Below are positions 50,150-64,000 of a stretch of 64,000 nucleotides of DNA, piece by piece. The notes beneath the pieces are model-generated. The model worked only from the letters and a program-made list of their open reading frames with translations, made no database searches and was not told where the DNA came from. Source of the stretch: Eledone cirrhosa (Eukaryota); NCBI GenBank assembly GCA_964016885.1, contig OZ024742.1:146816001-146880000 (forward strand). The letters are read 5' to 3'. The first letter of the stretch is position 1. Every line of letters starts with the position of its first letter. Position numbers and translations under genes: made by a program.

Positions 50150-50830
50150 TTGGTTGAATCCAAATAAACCCATAGATGTTATCCAACCATTTTGTTCATG
50201 GTCTACCTCAAGGTCTTCTACTGGTTGGCTTTGCCCATAAAATCTGTCCATTGATTCTTTCCTTAGACATTTCTAACCATATGTCCATAGTATTGGAGCT
50301 GTAATCTCTTGATTTCAGAGAAATTGCAGTTCTACCTGAAGTGACACCCTGATCTTTTAGTCATGCATCCTATCATATAACATTATTCCAAGGCCCTTGA
50401 GAGAAACTCATTTTGGTTGTTTGTATTTGCTATTGTATTCTTTCGGTCATTACTCAACATTCAAGGCCAGAGGTAGAGGTTGGCATGAACACTGTATTGA
50501 AGATAATCAGTTTGGCATTTACACCTACCTCTCTTTTTCTGATGACTGAGAGCTAAAGCACTACTGCAGCAGTTCCTGTAATTCTTGCATTTAATTCAGC
50601 CTCCTGCCTTCCATCACTCATGAAAACAGACCTGAGATACTTGAACTTCTCCCTCTGCTTCAGTGGAACTACATTCACATGCAGAGTGCACTATGCAGGC
50701 TTGAGAAGACAAGTGTCCCTGTCTTCACAGCAATGAGTTTTATTCCTACCATGTGGCACTCAGCAGCAACCTATCCAGCACATGTCGGAGATCACCTTCT
50801 GATCAGTTAAGAAGTACCGTGTTTTCAGCA
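50150..50830 (-). mobile_element. Old RTE-clade LINE fragment
   Basis: Minus strand reads EKFKYL.SVFMSDGRQEAELNARI and ILWAKPTSRRP*GRP*TKWLDNI, resembling 1-190. Confidence 0.65.
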
Positions 50831-51357
50831 AATTCTAGCCAACTGTTCCTTCATCCACCCATATATTTAATATATTAGGACAATACAACAGGCTTATATT
50901 GACGGTGGAAATAGCAGCCCAAACCATCTAAATCAGCTCAAATAGATAGAGCCGTCAAGTAGGAAATATTCATACAGAAATTTCAGTGTTGCAGTACGTT
51001 GTTTCAGCATGGTATGTATGATATATGACATATTCAACTTGTCCCCTTGGGTGGAATATATTCATATAGTAGTTCAGCTATACACCACCTTGTTCACCAT
51101 GCAGTCTACCAATGAAATGGTATGTATGATAACTGTTCAACTTATCCCTAAGAAAGTATTTACCTCCTGATTAGGGAACTTTAATTCTTCCAATATCGGT
51201 TATTCCAATGTCTTGAAATTCTTGATGTTGTATCTTGAGTTCCAGAAACCATGGTCGGGATATTATATAAGTTAAAGCCAACTTGTTTTAGCCAATTTGT
51301 CATATATCTCCCCCAAAAAGAGATTTTGGCTTAAGTTTAATATATTTTATATATATA

Positions 51358-51697
51358 AAATACACACCCGTCCCACTACCCCCACCCCATCCACACCACC
51401 CCTTTCGATGTAAAGTTATATTGGTACCACAACATCCAGTCCGAAATAAATGAGGTCGTGTAGGTGTCACGACAAAAAACCACACAGTCCACGCTGTAAT
51501 GTGGCCGTGTAGGTAACACGGTAAAAACTTCCCAGTCCACGCTGTAAACGTGGTTGGTGTTAGGAAGGGCATCCAGCCGTAGAAAACGCGCCAGACAGTC
51601 CTGAGCAAGACAACCAATCTTGCCTCAAGTGCGAAAATTCCCGTCCAAACCCATGCAAGCGTGGAAGATGGACGTTAAACGATGATGATGATGATGA
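51358..51697 (+). mobile_element. RTE-B 3' UTR fragment
   Basis: Reverse complement of about 36720-37050. (GAT)n then (TA)n. Confidence 0.8.
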
Positions 51698-52049
51698 TAT
51701 ATATATATATACATATTCAGTGAACCACCAAACTTAAATTTATATACATATATGTATTAAGGGTCCAGGTTTGTTATATATATATATATATATATATGTA
51801 TATGTATATATATATGAATATGTCATTTATTTTGTCTGACCGGTTTAGCTTTACTTGTTTTTTGGCTTAGGTGGTTAATGGCTTCTTGACCGCCTTCTCA
51901 GTTTGTATGGCCTTTATAACCTATGTTTATTGCTCTGATCTTTTTTAGCCCATGGCGTGTTTGCCATCATGACTTGGAATTTGCATTATCTTTCGCTTTT
52001 TCTACCCGCCGAAATGCGATTCTCGCTAAATTTATATTTATACATATAT

Positions 52050-52382
52050 CATCATTTTCATCATCATTTTACGTCCACTTTTCTCTGCTTGCAAGGGTTG
52101 GATGGGAACTGATACTGGCTTGATTTCTACAGCTGGATGCCCTTCCTAACGCCAACCTCATTTACAGTGAGTGCTGGGTGCTTTTTTACCGTGGCACCTC
52201 CATGACCACTTTGCAGTGGAATGATAGGGACTGGAACCTCAGTCCCTATCATCTCATTTCTTCAGCTGAGTAAACTGGAGCAATGTGAAATAAAGTCTCT
52301 TGCTCAAGGAAACAACACATCACCTGGTCTGAGAATTGAACTCATAACCTTTCGATTGCTCTAACCACTAAGCCATGTGCCT

Positions 52383-52385
<3 letters not shown>
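52050..52385 (-). mobile_element. SINE-1
   Basis: Matches 33455-33783. Confidence 0.85.
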
Positions 52386-52417
<32 letters not shown>

Positions 52418-52423
<6 letters not shown>

Positions 52424-52845
52424 CCCAAGATGACCTGGGATGAGGTGATAAAAGCCGACCTTACCCAATTACACCTCTCAAAGACAATGACACATGACCG
52501 TGACTTCTGGCGTCACGCAGTAATACAGAGTACCCGAACTCTGAAGCATATAGACAATATGCCCCCAGACCCCCCACCGCAAGGTGGTCGTGGAGGTGCC
52601 ACGGCAAAAAACCACCCAGCCCACACTGTAAAGTGGACGTGTAGGCGCCACGAAAAAGCACCCAGCACACACTGTAAATGAGGTTGGTGTTAGGAAGGGC
52701 ATCCAGCTGTAGAAATCAAGCCAGATCAGTTCCTGTATGAGCAAGGCATGGTCAGCCGACCAGGCACTGCCCACAACAGGACAACCCGTCTAACCCATGC
52801 TAGCGTGGAAGAACGGACGTAAAACGGTGATGATGATGATGATAT
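52418..52845 (+). mobile_element. RTE-C LINE 3' end
   Basis: Reads RPKMTWDEVIKADL...DRDFWRHAV. Distinct UTR and tail ccgtctaacccatgctagcgtggaagaacggacgtaaaa. (TA)n on both sides. Confidence 0.8.
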
Positions 52846-52961
52846 ATATATATATTACTGGCTTGTAATTTTCTTAACTAATCACTTTCCTCTTCCTCTT
52901 TCATTAGTTTGCTTACTTAATATTTGATGAATATATATGTGTTTGTGTGTGTGCGTGTGTG

Positions 52962-53021
<60 letters not shown>

Positions 53022-53179
53022 CGTGCGTGTGTGCGTGTGTATGTCACTGAAGACTGCCTTGACAGCACAAAATTTTAAATAATGGACACATAGACAATTA
53101 TCTTTACTATCAACTCTACTATATATATTAATTACTCTTGACATTATATAAATGACGCAGAAAATGTTAAACATATTTG

Positions 53180-53592
53180 AATGTGTGTGTGTACATGTGT
53201 GTGCCTCTGTGTGAATGTGTGTGTGGGAGTGTGTGTGAGTGAGTGTGTGAGTGTGTGTGTGTGTGAGTATGTGTGTATGGGTATGTGTATGTGTGTGTGT
53301 GAGTGAGTGTGAGTGTGTGTGAGTGAGTGTGTGAGTGTGTGTGTGAATGTGTGTGAGTGTGTGTGTGTGAGTATGTGTGTGTGTGTGTGTGTGTGAGTGA
53401 GTGTGTGTGTGTGAGTATGTGTGTATGTGTGAGTGTGTGTGTGTGAGTATGTGTGTATGTGTATGTGTGAGTGTGTGTGAGTGAGTGAGTGTGTGTGTGA
53501 GTATGTGTGTGTGTGTGAGTGAGTGCGTGAGTGTGTGTGTGTGAGTATGCGTGTGTGTATGTATGTGTGAGTGTGTGTGTGAGTGAGTGTGG
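53180..53592. repeat. (GT)n/(GTGA)n microsatellite
   Basis: Direct reading. Confidence 0.9.
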
Positions 53593-55213
53593 GTATGGTC
53601 TGTTAAACATATATCAGCAATAAATAACATTAGTAGTTACAATATGTCAAACACTCCGTCTTATAACATAATTTCTTTTTTCTCATTGACACATTCCATT
53701 ATTATTAATACTTATAACTATATTTCACATTAAGAATATTAACTTGGAGCTACACAATCATACATCCTCAAATATATATATATCATCATCATCATCATCA
53801 TCATCATAGTTTAACATCTATTTCCCATGCTAGCATGGGTTAGGTGGGTCGGCCCATTTGAGGCAAGTGGGTTGGGTGACCGTGTGTTGCTCATATAAAA
53901 CTGTTTCTGGCTTGATTTCTACATCTGGATGCCCTTGATACTGTATTGACCCCGAAAGAATGAAAGGTAAAGTTGATCTCAGAGAACCAGTGCAAATACT
54001 GAAAGACATTTAGCCTGATGCTCTACCAACTCTAACAACTAATTTGCCACCTTATCCAATATTCTGAATATAAAATCAAACATTGTTTCAATGCAAAATT
54101 TTGGTGAAAATTGAGTATTTCATGGGATTATAAGGAAATAAATATTTGTCATTTTGCGGAAAAGGGAAGATTCTTTACTTCTGTCATTTTACATCCATTT
54201 TCTACATTGGCATGTGTTGGAGGGGTTCGCTTGATTAGAAACTAGATGGGTCTTAGTAAAACACCTTGCTCATATGTAATTTTTTTGGCATGGTTTCTAC
54301 AGCTAGATGCCTACACTTGGAAGGTAAAGGGAGCATTTCATCATGACACCAGCATTACCACTGAGGCATTCTATTAATTACCAAAGGAATATGATCAACA
54401 GATAAGAAATATAAATATAACTAGGTCAGGTAGAGAGAATTACTCTGAGTTCAAAAAATAAGAGAAAGTTTACATAACTAGCCTCAGGAGTTAAAAAGAA
54501 ATCATCCCTTTTTTATCCCTTTTCTTGATATGTTTCTAATAAAAGACACTACCTAACATATTCAAATAATTTTGAAAATAATCAGGAATTTGAAGAGATT
54601 TAGTAATATAACTAACTTTCTCATTATTTTGGAACATGACAAGGGTTCTTACATAAAATTAAGATGGAGAGGTTTTAGATAAATATAAACACTTTAAACC
54701 TTTCATTACTACATTTCTAATGAAAGACACTGCCCATGATTTTCGAATAATTTTGAAAATAATTGGGAGAGATTTAGTTATATAACTACATTTTTCATTA
54801 TCATTCACAACATATCTAAATAAAGGATCTTACATAAAATTATGATGGACGGTTTTAAAACAAACAGTTTTGTATCATAGAACATACTCCAACCTAAAGT
54901 CACTTACCAATGCACTTCAGCTTAGAGTAACTCATAAACATATTCCAGCTTCTGGCCCACAGAGTTACTGTTTCCTCACTCTATGTTTTCTACTGCTTCA
55001 ACAGTATCCTCCTCACTATGGAACAGGTTTGCCTTGGATCACCACTACTTTAAGCCCACACAACTCACTCATTTACAGAGGTATCGTGCTAAAAGCAGGA
55101 GTGAGCTAATCCATTTTGAAAAAAATAATAATAACAATAATTGAACCAGTTAATTTCTTTGAAAATTAAAAATTCTATTACATTAGATAGTCTAAAATTT
55201 GGATATACTTTGA

Positions 55214-55426
55214 CCCTTTAGCATTTACATTACTCTATATTTACTATTATATTTTCACAGTAAAGGCTTTATCTTGCATTATCGAATCTATGAGATTTTG
55301 ATATTATTTATTTTGAGAACACCTTTACATCAGTACGAGTGGCCAGTTACAGCCAGTTACAGCCAGTTTAAACTGAAAGAGGTGAGAGAATTCTGGCAGG
55401 ATATGGTCGGTTTTAATGCTAAAGGG
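55214..55426. mobile_element. piggyBac-type MITE
   Basis: ccctttagcattta...aatgctaaaggg-TTAA. The left TSD reads ttga. Confidence 0.8.
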
Positions 55427-55772
55427 TTAAACAATAATACAAGACCAGTTTCCTCAAAAGTAAAGCAACACAACACTACACCTCTGTTCATCTATCCTCC
55501 CTTCTTCACCCTTATTGGGCCATTGTTCCCAATCTTTCCTCTACAGAATGTCTTCCCTCTGGAATTCCTTCTTTTGAATACAGTTCTAAAAGAACATCAA
55601 CCTCACTAATCTCATCAAGTCATAAACGGCCAGCTAATGTCATAGCCACAGACCTACTACTACAGCCTCAGGTTGACCAATGATTTATGACTGAAATTTG
55701 GTTATCAGAAACTGTACAGAAGTCCATAGTATTACATCATCATGATCATGATCATTATTTTCTTTATGTCTA

Positions 55773-55963
55773 AAGGGCGGTGGATTGGCAGTATCGGTAG
55801 AGGGTCGGACGCCATGCTTTCCAGCATAGTTACGTCCCTTTATGATCTGAGTTCAAATCCCGCCGAGGTTGACTTTGCCTTTCATCCTTACGGGGTCGAT
55901 AAAATAAAGTACCAGTAATGCACTGGGTAATTGCTGGCCTTGTACCTAAAGTAGAAACAATTA
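55773..55963 (+). mobile_element. SINE-2 (tRNA-like head, different tail)
   Basis: B box gagttcaaatcc and core gcctttcatccttacggggtcgataaaataaagtaccag. Partial copies at 25436-25557 (+), 43352-43425 (-) and about 53945-54050 (-). Confidence 0.75.
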
Positions 55964-57094
55964 TTTTCGTTATGTCTACTTTTCCATGCTGACATGAGTT
56001 AGATGGGATTTTTTGATGCAGTGTTTTACAGGGGAATGTGTCTTCTTGGAACCAATCCCTTTAATTACTTCTTATGACACACAGAGATATGGTGTACCTA
56101 TTCTAAACCAGATACACCAACTCTTTTAGTCACTTCTTACAGCAAGCAAGGATAAAGTGTACCATTTCTGAACCAGATGATTAAAGTAAATATGTGTGTG
56201 TATGTAAGCTTGCATGCATATATCATCCTCATTATCATCATCATCACCATCATCATCATCATCTTCATCATTGTTTAGCATCTATTTTGCATGCTGCATG
56301 GGTTAGACTGGCTGTCACATATTGAGGCTTGAAAAGTCAATTAACTATGTCTAACTCATACACTCAGTCTCTGGTTTGGTTTCTACAGCTAGATGTCCAT
56401 CCTAACACCAACCCCTTTATAGCATGTACTGGAAACATTTTACCCTAACTCCAGCACTACCACATTACAAGGTGGATTGGGTGCTTTTTATCTTTGCATC
56501 TGCATTATTACCTTACCGCATGCTTTTCATCATGACACCAGCATTACCTCATTACAACATTAGGCTGCTTAGTGTATCTTTGGTCAGACTGGGAAGATAT
56601 TGATGGGAGTTGGGAGATAAACAAATGAGAGTAGTGCATCTATATTCTGCTTGTTGGTGAGGGAGGGTATAGGTCATGGAGTTGACCTTGAAGAAAGTGG
56701 GTGGTGTCAGGCTTTCCATGTTGACCTGGGTTGGACGGGAAGGGAGGGTTAGAGGTGTGAGTATGAAGGGAGGGGACAGGATGTGGGCAAGGAAGGTGAA
56801 TAAGACAATAAGACAAGTTCCACATTAGCTTTCCTTACTAGCATGGGTTGGATGGGGAAGAGAGGAAAAAGAAGGGTATGAGTGGGGAGGAGGGATAACA
56901 AGCAGCTTATGGCTGGGAAGGTGAAACAGAGATGGTCCATCCTAGCTTTGTATACTGGCATGGGTTTAATGAGAGTATGAGTGTGGAGGGGGGGGGGGTA
57001 CGTGGGAATAGTTAGGTGGGTAAATTGGAAGTATTCTGGCAGGCAGGTACCTAAATGTTCCACATCACTAATTCTTCCTGTCTAAGGTGGTATA

Positions 57095-58008
57095 TATCAT
57101 CATCATCATCATCATCAACGTTTAACGTCCGTGTTCCACGCTTGCATGGGTTTGGACGGGGGTAGTCCCACTTGAGGCAAGAGTGATTGTCTTGCTCGCA
57201 TAGGACTGTCTGGCAGGTTTTCTACAGTTGGATGCCCTTCCTAACACCAACCACATTTACAGTGTGGGTCTGGGAGGTTTTTACCGTGTTGCCTACACGG
57301 CCACATTACAGCGTGGACTGTGTGTTTTTTGTCGTGACACCTACACGATCTCATTTGTTTCGGCCTCGATGGCGCGGCACCAACATAACTTTACATAGAA
57401 CGGGGTGGTGTGGATCGGGTGGGGGTGGTGGTGGTGGGACGGGGTGTATTTTGTTAGAGATGCCTACTGGCTGGAGTAGGTTTTACTATATATTTAGGTA
57501 AGGCGGGTCTTCTCTGTTACTGAGTACCGCCAAAGGTCTCGGTCCAGTGACATTGTCTTGGAGAGGTGTAAGTGTGTGATGTCGGAGTTTATCAGCTCGT
57601 CCCAGGTTTTTCTAGGTCTGCCTATTCCGTGACTACCGTCTATCTTTATTGCCCTGCACTTTGTTATACAGCTATCGACTTTCATGCGCATCACGTGTCC
57701 ATACCAACGTAGCCTTCTCTCGAGTAAACAACATCTGATCCCTCTTATCTCTAATTTTTTCCTTAGTTCGTTTATGCTTTGCCGTTCACGTATATTACTG
57801 TTACACATCCAGCGGAGCATGCAAGCTTCGTTCCTCTCTAGTCTGCGTATATCCTCTGCACACAATGCCCAGGTCTCACTGCCATGCAGCATTGCTGTTC
57901 GTATGCAGGCATCATACAACCTGCCTTTCATTTTTAGTGAGAACCCTTTAGCAGCTAATAGTGGTATAAGCTCTCTGAACTTTTTCCAACCAGTTCTGAC
58001 TCTAGCTA
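57095..58008 (-). mobile_element. RTE-B 3' portion
   Basis: ORF 57494-57931 (MLHGSETW...RWYGHV...KTRLT*), UTR and tail. The 5' truncation is at (TA)n. Confidence 0.9.
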
Positions 58009-58657
58009 TATATATATATTATATATATATATCATCATCATCATCATCATCGTTTAATGTCTATCTTCCACGCTAGCATGGGTTAGATGGGAGTTGTCCC
58101 AATTTGAGGCAAGGTTGGTTGGGTGACCATATCTCACTCATTTAGGACTATGTGGCAGGTTTTCTACGGCTGGATACCCTTCTTAACACCAACCTTACAG
58201 TGTGGACTGGGAACTTTTTACCGTGTTACCTACACAGCCTCATTACAGCATGGACTGGGTGTTATATATATATAAGAGATGAATAAAATGAGTATGTATA
58301 AGATTTTACTGATTAAAAACTAATAAGACCATTATTCAATTTAGTATTCTATTCTATAAAGAAAGTAAAATGTTGATATTATTTCTGCAAGTCCAATGAT
58401 CAAGCTTAACTGTTTTGATGGTTGAATAGAAATTAAATAAGCTTCTGTGTGTGTGTGTGTATGTGCGTGTGCATGTGCGTGTGTGCGTGTGTATGTGTAT
58501 GCGTGTATTTGAGAAAATAACAGGCAAATTCAATTTATACTAAAATTATTTAAATTAATTTGGTGTTAATTGTTTTAAGAAAGTAATAAAAGTCACAGAT
58601 TTATTTTCAACCTAATATAATTTATCAGCTTCATTATTTATAAATATATATATATAT

Positions 58658-61600
58658 ATCATCATCATCATCGTTTAACGTCCATCTTCCACGCTAGCAT
58701 GGGTTTGGACGGGAATTTTCCCACTTGAGGCAAGATTGGTTGTCTTGCTCGTATAGGACTGTCTGGCAGGTTTTCTATGGCTGGATGCCCTTCCTAACAC
58801 CAACCACGTTTACAGTGTGGATTGGGAGGTTTTTACGGTGTTACCTACACGGCCACATTACAGCGTGGACTGTGTGTTTTTTTGTCGTGACACCTACACG
58901 ACCTCATTTGTTTAGGACTGGATGTTGTGGTACCAACATAATTTTCATTGAAAGGGGTGGATGGGGTGGGGGGTAGTGGGACGGGGGGTGTATTTTTGTT
59001 AGAGGTGCCTACTGACTGTAGGTTTCGCTTTGTACCTAGGCAAGGCGGGTCTTCTGTGTTACTGTGTAGCGCCAAAGATCTCGGTCCAGTGACATTGTCT
59101 TGGAGAGGTGTAAGTGTGTGAGGTCGGAATTTATCAAGTCGTCCCATGTTTTTCTGGGTCTGCCTACTCCGTGGTTACCGTCTATTTTTATCGCCCTGCA
59201 CTTTTTTATACAGCTGTCGTCTTTCATGCGCATCACGTGACCGTACCAACGCAGTCTTCTCTCGAGTAAACAACATCTGATCCCTCTTATTCCTAATTTC
59301 TCCTTAGTTCGTTTATGCTTTGCCGTTCACGTATATTACTATTACACATCCAGCGGAGCATGCAAGCTTCGTTCCTCTCCAGTCTGTGTATATCCTCTGC
59401 ACACAATGCCCAAGTCTCACTGCTATGTAACATTGCTGTTCGTATGCAGGCATCATACAGCCTGCCTTTCATTTTTAGAGAGAACCTTTTAGCGGCCAAT
59501 AGTGGTATAAGCTCTCTGAACTTTTTCCATCCCGTTCTGACTCTAGCTACTGTACTTTCAGAGCACCCTCCCCCACTGCTGATTTTGTCACCCAGGTAAC
59601 GGAAGGTGTCCACTATTTCATAGAACCATCTGTGCAATGGAATGAGCTAGTATTCTGTGGGCACTTGCTGCTACTTATTGCACCTGAGCACCGGCCACAT
59701 ATAAAATCTGTATTCTTAGTTAGCTTACCTGTGATCCCACTACATCTTTTATGCACCCATACTTTGCATTTGGGACATAAAATGGAGTTTCTGCCTACTC
59801 CTTTCCTACACACTGAGCATGGCCATTTCCCAGATGGGACCGGTGCCCTATTTTCCTTCCTACAAACTAGAACTTTAGTCTTAGACAGGTTAATTTTAAG
59901 GCCTTTTGATTCTAGGCCATGCTTCCATGTTTGGAATTTCTTCTCTAGTTCGGCCATTGATTCAGCTATGAGCATTAGATCATCTGCATATAGGAGTTCC
60001 CATGGGCAGCCGGTCTTGAACTCCTCTGCTATAGCCTGAAGGGCAATAATAAATATGATGAACACCAACTTTTACGCTAAACTCTTCACTATATTCGTTG
60101 TTAATTCTAACCTTGCTGGCTGTTTCTTTATACATGGCTTGTATAGCTCTCACAAGCCATTCATCAACACCTAGTTTTCTAAGAGCCCACCAGATAATGG
60201 AGCGGGGGACTCTGTCAAAGGCTTTCTCCAAGTCAACAAAAGCTAAGTATAGGGGTTTACTTTTAGCTAGGTACTTCTCCTGTAGTTGTTGTACAATGAA
60301 AAGAGTGTCTATGGTACTTTTACCTGACACAAATCCGAACTACATTTCATCTAGATCAATTCGCTCTCTGATTAGTTGCGCTATTACTTTTTCTGTGACC
60401 TTCATGACCTGGTCGATTAATTTAATGCCTCTATAGTTACCCCTATCTAGGGGCATCTCCTTTACCCTTGTAGCAGTTAATGGTGATGCTGCTACGCCAG
60501 TCCTTCGGAACGACCCCATTCTGTATGACTTGGTTTACTATCCGGGTGACCATAGTGTGTCCCACCGTTCCAGATGCTTTCAGCATTTCAGCAACTATTT
60601 CTGAAGGCCCAGCCGCCTTACCCGTCTTCATATCTTTGATTGCCTTACTTATTATACTACCTTCAACTTGCACTGCTGGTCCCTCTATTGGATGGATGTG
60701 GGGAGACTTTCTTTTTCCCATTATTCTCCTCATTTAGTAGCCTTCCGTAGTGACTACTTCCAAGCTACCTTCTTATCAGCGTCAGTGATGGCAAGTACAC
60801 CATCATCATTAAGGACACACTTCTCCCCGACAATATCACGGTTTTCCTTGACATATTGCCTAGCAATCCTGAACACCTCACGTTTTTGGTCCTCGCGTTG
60901 TAGAACATGTTTGAACTTTCTCTCCTCTGCTTCCCTTCTTGCGAAGTACACTTGTCTCCTAGCTTCCCTCCTGGCCACTTGATAGTCTTCTCTACTTCCC
61001 CCATCCCGCCATACTTTCTAAGCCTGCTTTTTGGCCTTAATTGACTCCTCCACCTTACTGTTCCACCACCACGTTACTGTCCTCCTGCCTATAGGTCTGC
61101 TCCAGCCACAGACTTCATCTGCCGCCTTCAGCAGGTTAGCTTTCAGGGATTCCCACTGTTCCTCTATATTGTATGACTCTAATTGCTTTTCTTTACTGTC
61201 AGAGGCATCAAGTAATATGCTTTTAAATTTATTACTGGCTGTGGGGTCCTTTAGCTTCCATATTTTTCTCCTGAGGATAATCCTCCTCTGTTGTCGAGTA
61301 CATCTTGTCCTGACTATGAGGTCGCTGACTATGAGTCTATGTTGGGAGGTGCATTCTTCATGGGGGGAGGGATTTAGTGTTTACAACAGACACTCTATCA
61401 CGTCTTCTGGTAAGGATATAATCTATCTGACTGGAGTATTCCCCTGATCTATAGGTGATCAAGTGATTGTCTCGTTTTTTGAAGTTAGTGTTACAGATAG
61501 TTAGGTTATTTGCGTCACAGAATTCCAGGATTCTGGAGCCTTCCTCATTTCTAGTACCAAACCCATAGCCTCCATGGGATCCATCATAGCCGTCACAATG

Positions 61601-62478
61601 TTGTCCAACGTGACCATTTAGGTCGCCAGCAATAATTATGTAGTCACTGTCGGTTATTTGGGAAGTAGTGAGCATCAATGACTCATAGAATCTGTCTTTT
61701 ATAACGCGAGGCAGTCCAGATTGGGGTGCGTACGCAGATATTACTGTCACAGTAGTTCTATTTAGGACAAGTCTTATTTTAATTATTCTGTCGTTCTCTG
61801 GTGTCACGCAGTAATACAGAGTACCCAACCTCCCATGGGTACAAGTTGAAGCATATAGACAATATGCCCCCACACCCTCCCACTGCAAGGTGGTCGTGGA
61901 GGTGCCACGGCAAAAAAGCACCCAGCCCACACTGTAAAGTGGACCAGTAGGCACCACGGAAAAAGCACCCAGCACACACTGTAAATGAGGTTGGTGTTAG
62001 GAAGGGCATCCAGCTGTAGAAATCAAGCCAAAATCAGTTCCTGTATGAGCAAGACAAGGTCAGCCGACCAGACACTGCCCACAACAGGACAACCCGTCTA
62101 ACCCATGCTAGCGTAGAAGAACGAACGTAAAAAGGTGATGATGATGATGATGATGATGACTCTATTTACGTCTATTATCTTATCTACCCATTTTTCTGCT
62201 AACATGATTCCTACCCCACCCAGCCCATTGTCATTTCCCACCCAGAAAAGCTTATAGCATCGTTTTTTACCCACAATGAATCTAGCAGACCCACCCCTCC
62301 ACCTGGTCTCTTGGTTACAGCAAACATCAACCTCCCTACGTTCAAGCATTTCTACAACCTCGTTAGAGCGACCTTTTAAGGTGCCTACATTCATGGTACC
62401 AACTCTGAAATTTGGGGTTGCGTTTGGTGGGTGGGAACGGTGGGGCGCGGTGAGGGGGTGAGGGAGATGGGGTTGGGG
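58658..62478 (-). mobile_element. RTE-B LINE, near full length, disrupted
   Basis: Reads GTMNVGTL, SAYAP, AGDLNGH, FVDLEKAFDRV, YADD and GRPRKTW. Many frameshifts, interrupted at 61800-62159, and (TA)n on both sides. Confidence 0.93.
61800..62159 (+). mobile_element. RTE-C 3' end inserted antisense into the RTE-B endonuclease domain
   Basis: Matches 52510-52845. Removing it rejoins DVNRV with NDRIIKIRL of RTE-B. Confidence 0.85.
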
Positions 62479-62534
<56 letters not shown>

Positions 62535-62536
<2 letters not shown>

Positions 62537-64000
62537 TTGACAATTATACTAATGTGCACAGACACACAGATATATTGTCCTTGGTATGACAGTGTGGATT
62601 TAGCTCAAAGTAGGATAACTAGTATACTATAGAGCCGTTATAAGTTTAGGAATAACCAAAGAGCGCTTAGAAATACATTGTTTTATTTGCTAACAGTGTT
62701 TCATCCATACCCTAGGGCAGGAATCATCAGAGCCTATAAACAAAAGTATATCAGAGGTTGAAGGCTCCATCGAGCCTAGTCACCAGAACAAGGAAGAAGG
62801 ACAAGTAGGGGGGCACACAATACATGATACATATAATGTCACAAAAAGTTACATCATAAAAAATTACGTCATAAAAATTACGTCAAAAGTTTATCACATA
62901 AATGGTGCAATAGATCATAAGGAGGTTGAGAGAGGAGAACAAGAAATGAATGAGGGTGTTACTCAGCATGATCAAAAAATAAACCAAGCATAGATACATC
63001 AATTCACAAGCAGTGCAAGCACATGATTTACAGGCAGAGTATGAAAGCTTGTAAGCATGTAAACAATATTGTTGTCATCGGTAGTTCTAGCCATGAGTTT
63101 ACTATATCTTCTGCAGTACTTGCACACACCAGAAATTTACACTTTTTCTAATAAGCTCCGCTATTAACCTAACCATAACTGCTTTTCCTTCACTCTGCCC
63201 TAGGTAATTCCATAGGCGGAGTTTTCTATATACGCTTTCTTCTACGAGACTAACTAGCCATTACGAATAGCATTTACTGTAGTATATTTACATATGGCAT
63301 GGCACTTTAGCCAGATGCAGATTAGGCCATACTGTGTATTTCACGTGGGATGTTGGGTTGCGTAACCGAACGTGAAGACTGTGAGAGATAGCAGATATTG
63401 CGGACCCGTTTTATTTCCACTTCTTTCATTGGAGTGCCAGCAGTGCATGTACTCCGCTTTACCTCACTTCATTGTATTCTGTTTGGGATTTAAGGTGTTC
63501 GTTGCAGACAGCCTCTGTGGAAAGATCCTCTATGCTTGTATTTGGAAACCTGGTATTATGTCGCCTAATACTTGGAACTAGAACCAATAAATAGAGGGTC
63601 GTGGCCGGATATGGAGAAATCAACCTGTTACAAGGCGATACCACTGGAGTGCACCATTTTTCCTATAAACAATCCTGCCTGTAAAGCTGCACCACAGCTA
63701 ACCAACTTTTCTGTTTACTGACTCCTGCTTAGAAGCTTTCATACTCTGCCTGTAAATCATGTGCTTGCACTGCTTGTGAATTGATGTATCTATGCTTGGT
63801 TTGTTTTTTTATCATGCTGAGTAACACCCTCATTCATTTCTTGCTCTCCTCTCTCAACCTCCTTATGATCTATTGTGCCATTTATGTGATAAACTTTTGA
63901 CGTAATTTTTTATGATGTAATTTTTTGTGACATTATATGTGTGCCCCCCTACTTGTCCTTCTTCCTTGTTCTGGTGACTAGGCTCGATGGAGCCTGCAAC
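62535..64000. mobile_element. Large non-coding inverted-repeat element (probable PLE derivative), runs off the window
   Basis: 62757-63057 is the reverse complement of 63726-64000. A hammerhead lies just distal to the left arm, (TA)n marks the left edge, and the spacer has no recognisable ORF. Confidence 0.7.
62680..62740 (-). ncRNA. Type-I hammerhead ribozyme motif, intact core
   Basis: Minus strand reads tttataggct-CTGATGA-ttcctgccc ta gggtatggat-GAAA-cactg-TT-agcaaataaa. Stem I is gct/agc, then an internal loop, then tttat/ataaa. Confidence 0.7.

Noticed and set aside
54530-54870. Two diverged tandem AT-rich units of about 180 bp (a related piece near 39780-39870)
   Set aside because: Probably old dispersed-repeat fragments, with no termini or motifs that allow a call.

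Overview
This is AT-rich, microsatellite-dense eukaryotic non-coding DNA with no host gene I can support. The repeat families resemble those of octopus/coleoid cephalopods, which is an inference. Most ORFs in the track are translations of simple repeats. Transposon content: (1) at least five RTE-clade LINE families, including two near-full-length EN+RT copies (10989-14065 +, 58658-62478 -) and a young 5'-truncated copy (29822-32526); (2) a CR1-type fragment; (3) a Penelope-like element (PLE) with RT and GIY-YIG (14590-16503) and a second GIY-YIG relic; (4) tRNA-headed SINEs carrying the RTE 3' tail; (5) piggyBac-, hAT- and mariner-type MITEs and a non-autonomous Helitron; (6) 9-, 26-, 48- and 60-bp tandem arrays. 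The most striking signal is about ten distinct type-I hammerhead-ribozyme-like motifs. Many sit in short non-coding fold-back elements in or beside (TA)n tracts, one has a compensatory U3-A8 core, and one is visibly homologous to the 3' end of the coding PLE. Together they suggest a diverse population of non-autonomous, ribozyme-bearing PLE derivatives. All structures were read by eye, no searches or folding were run, and boundaries are approximate.
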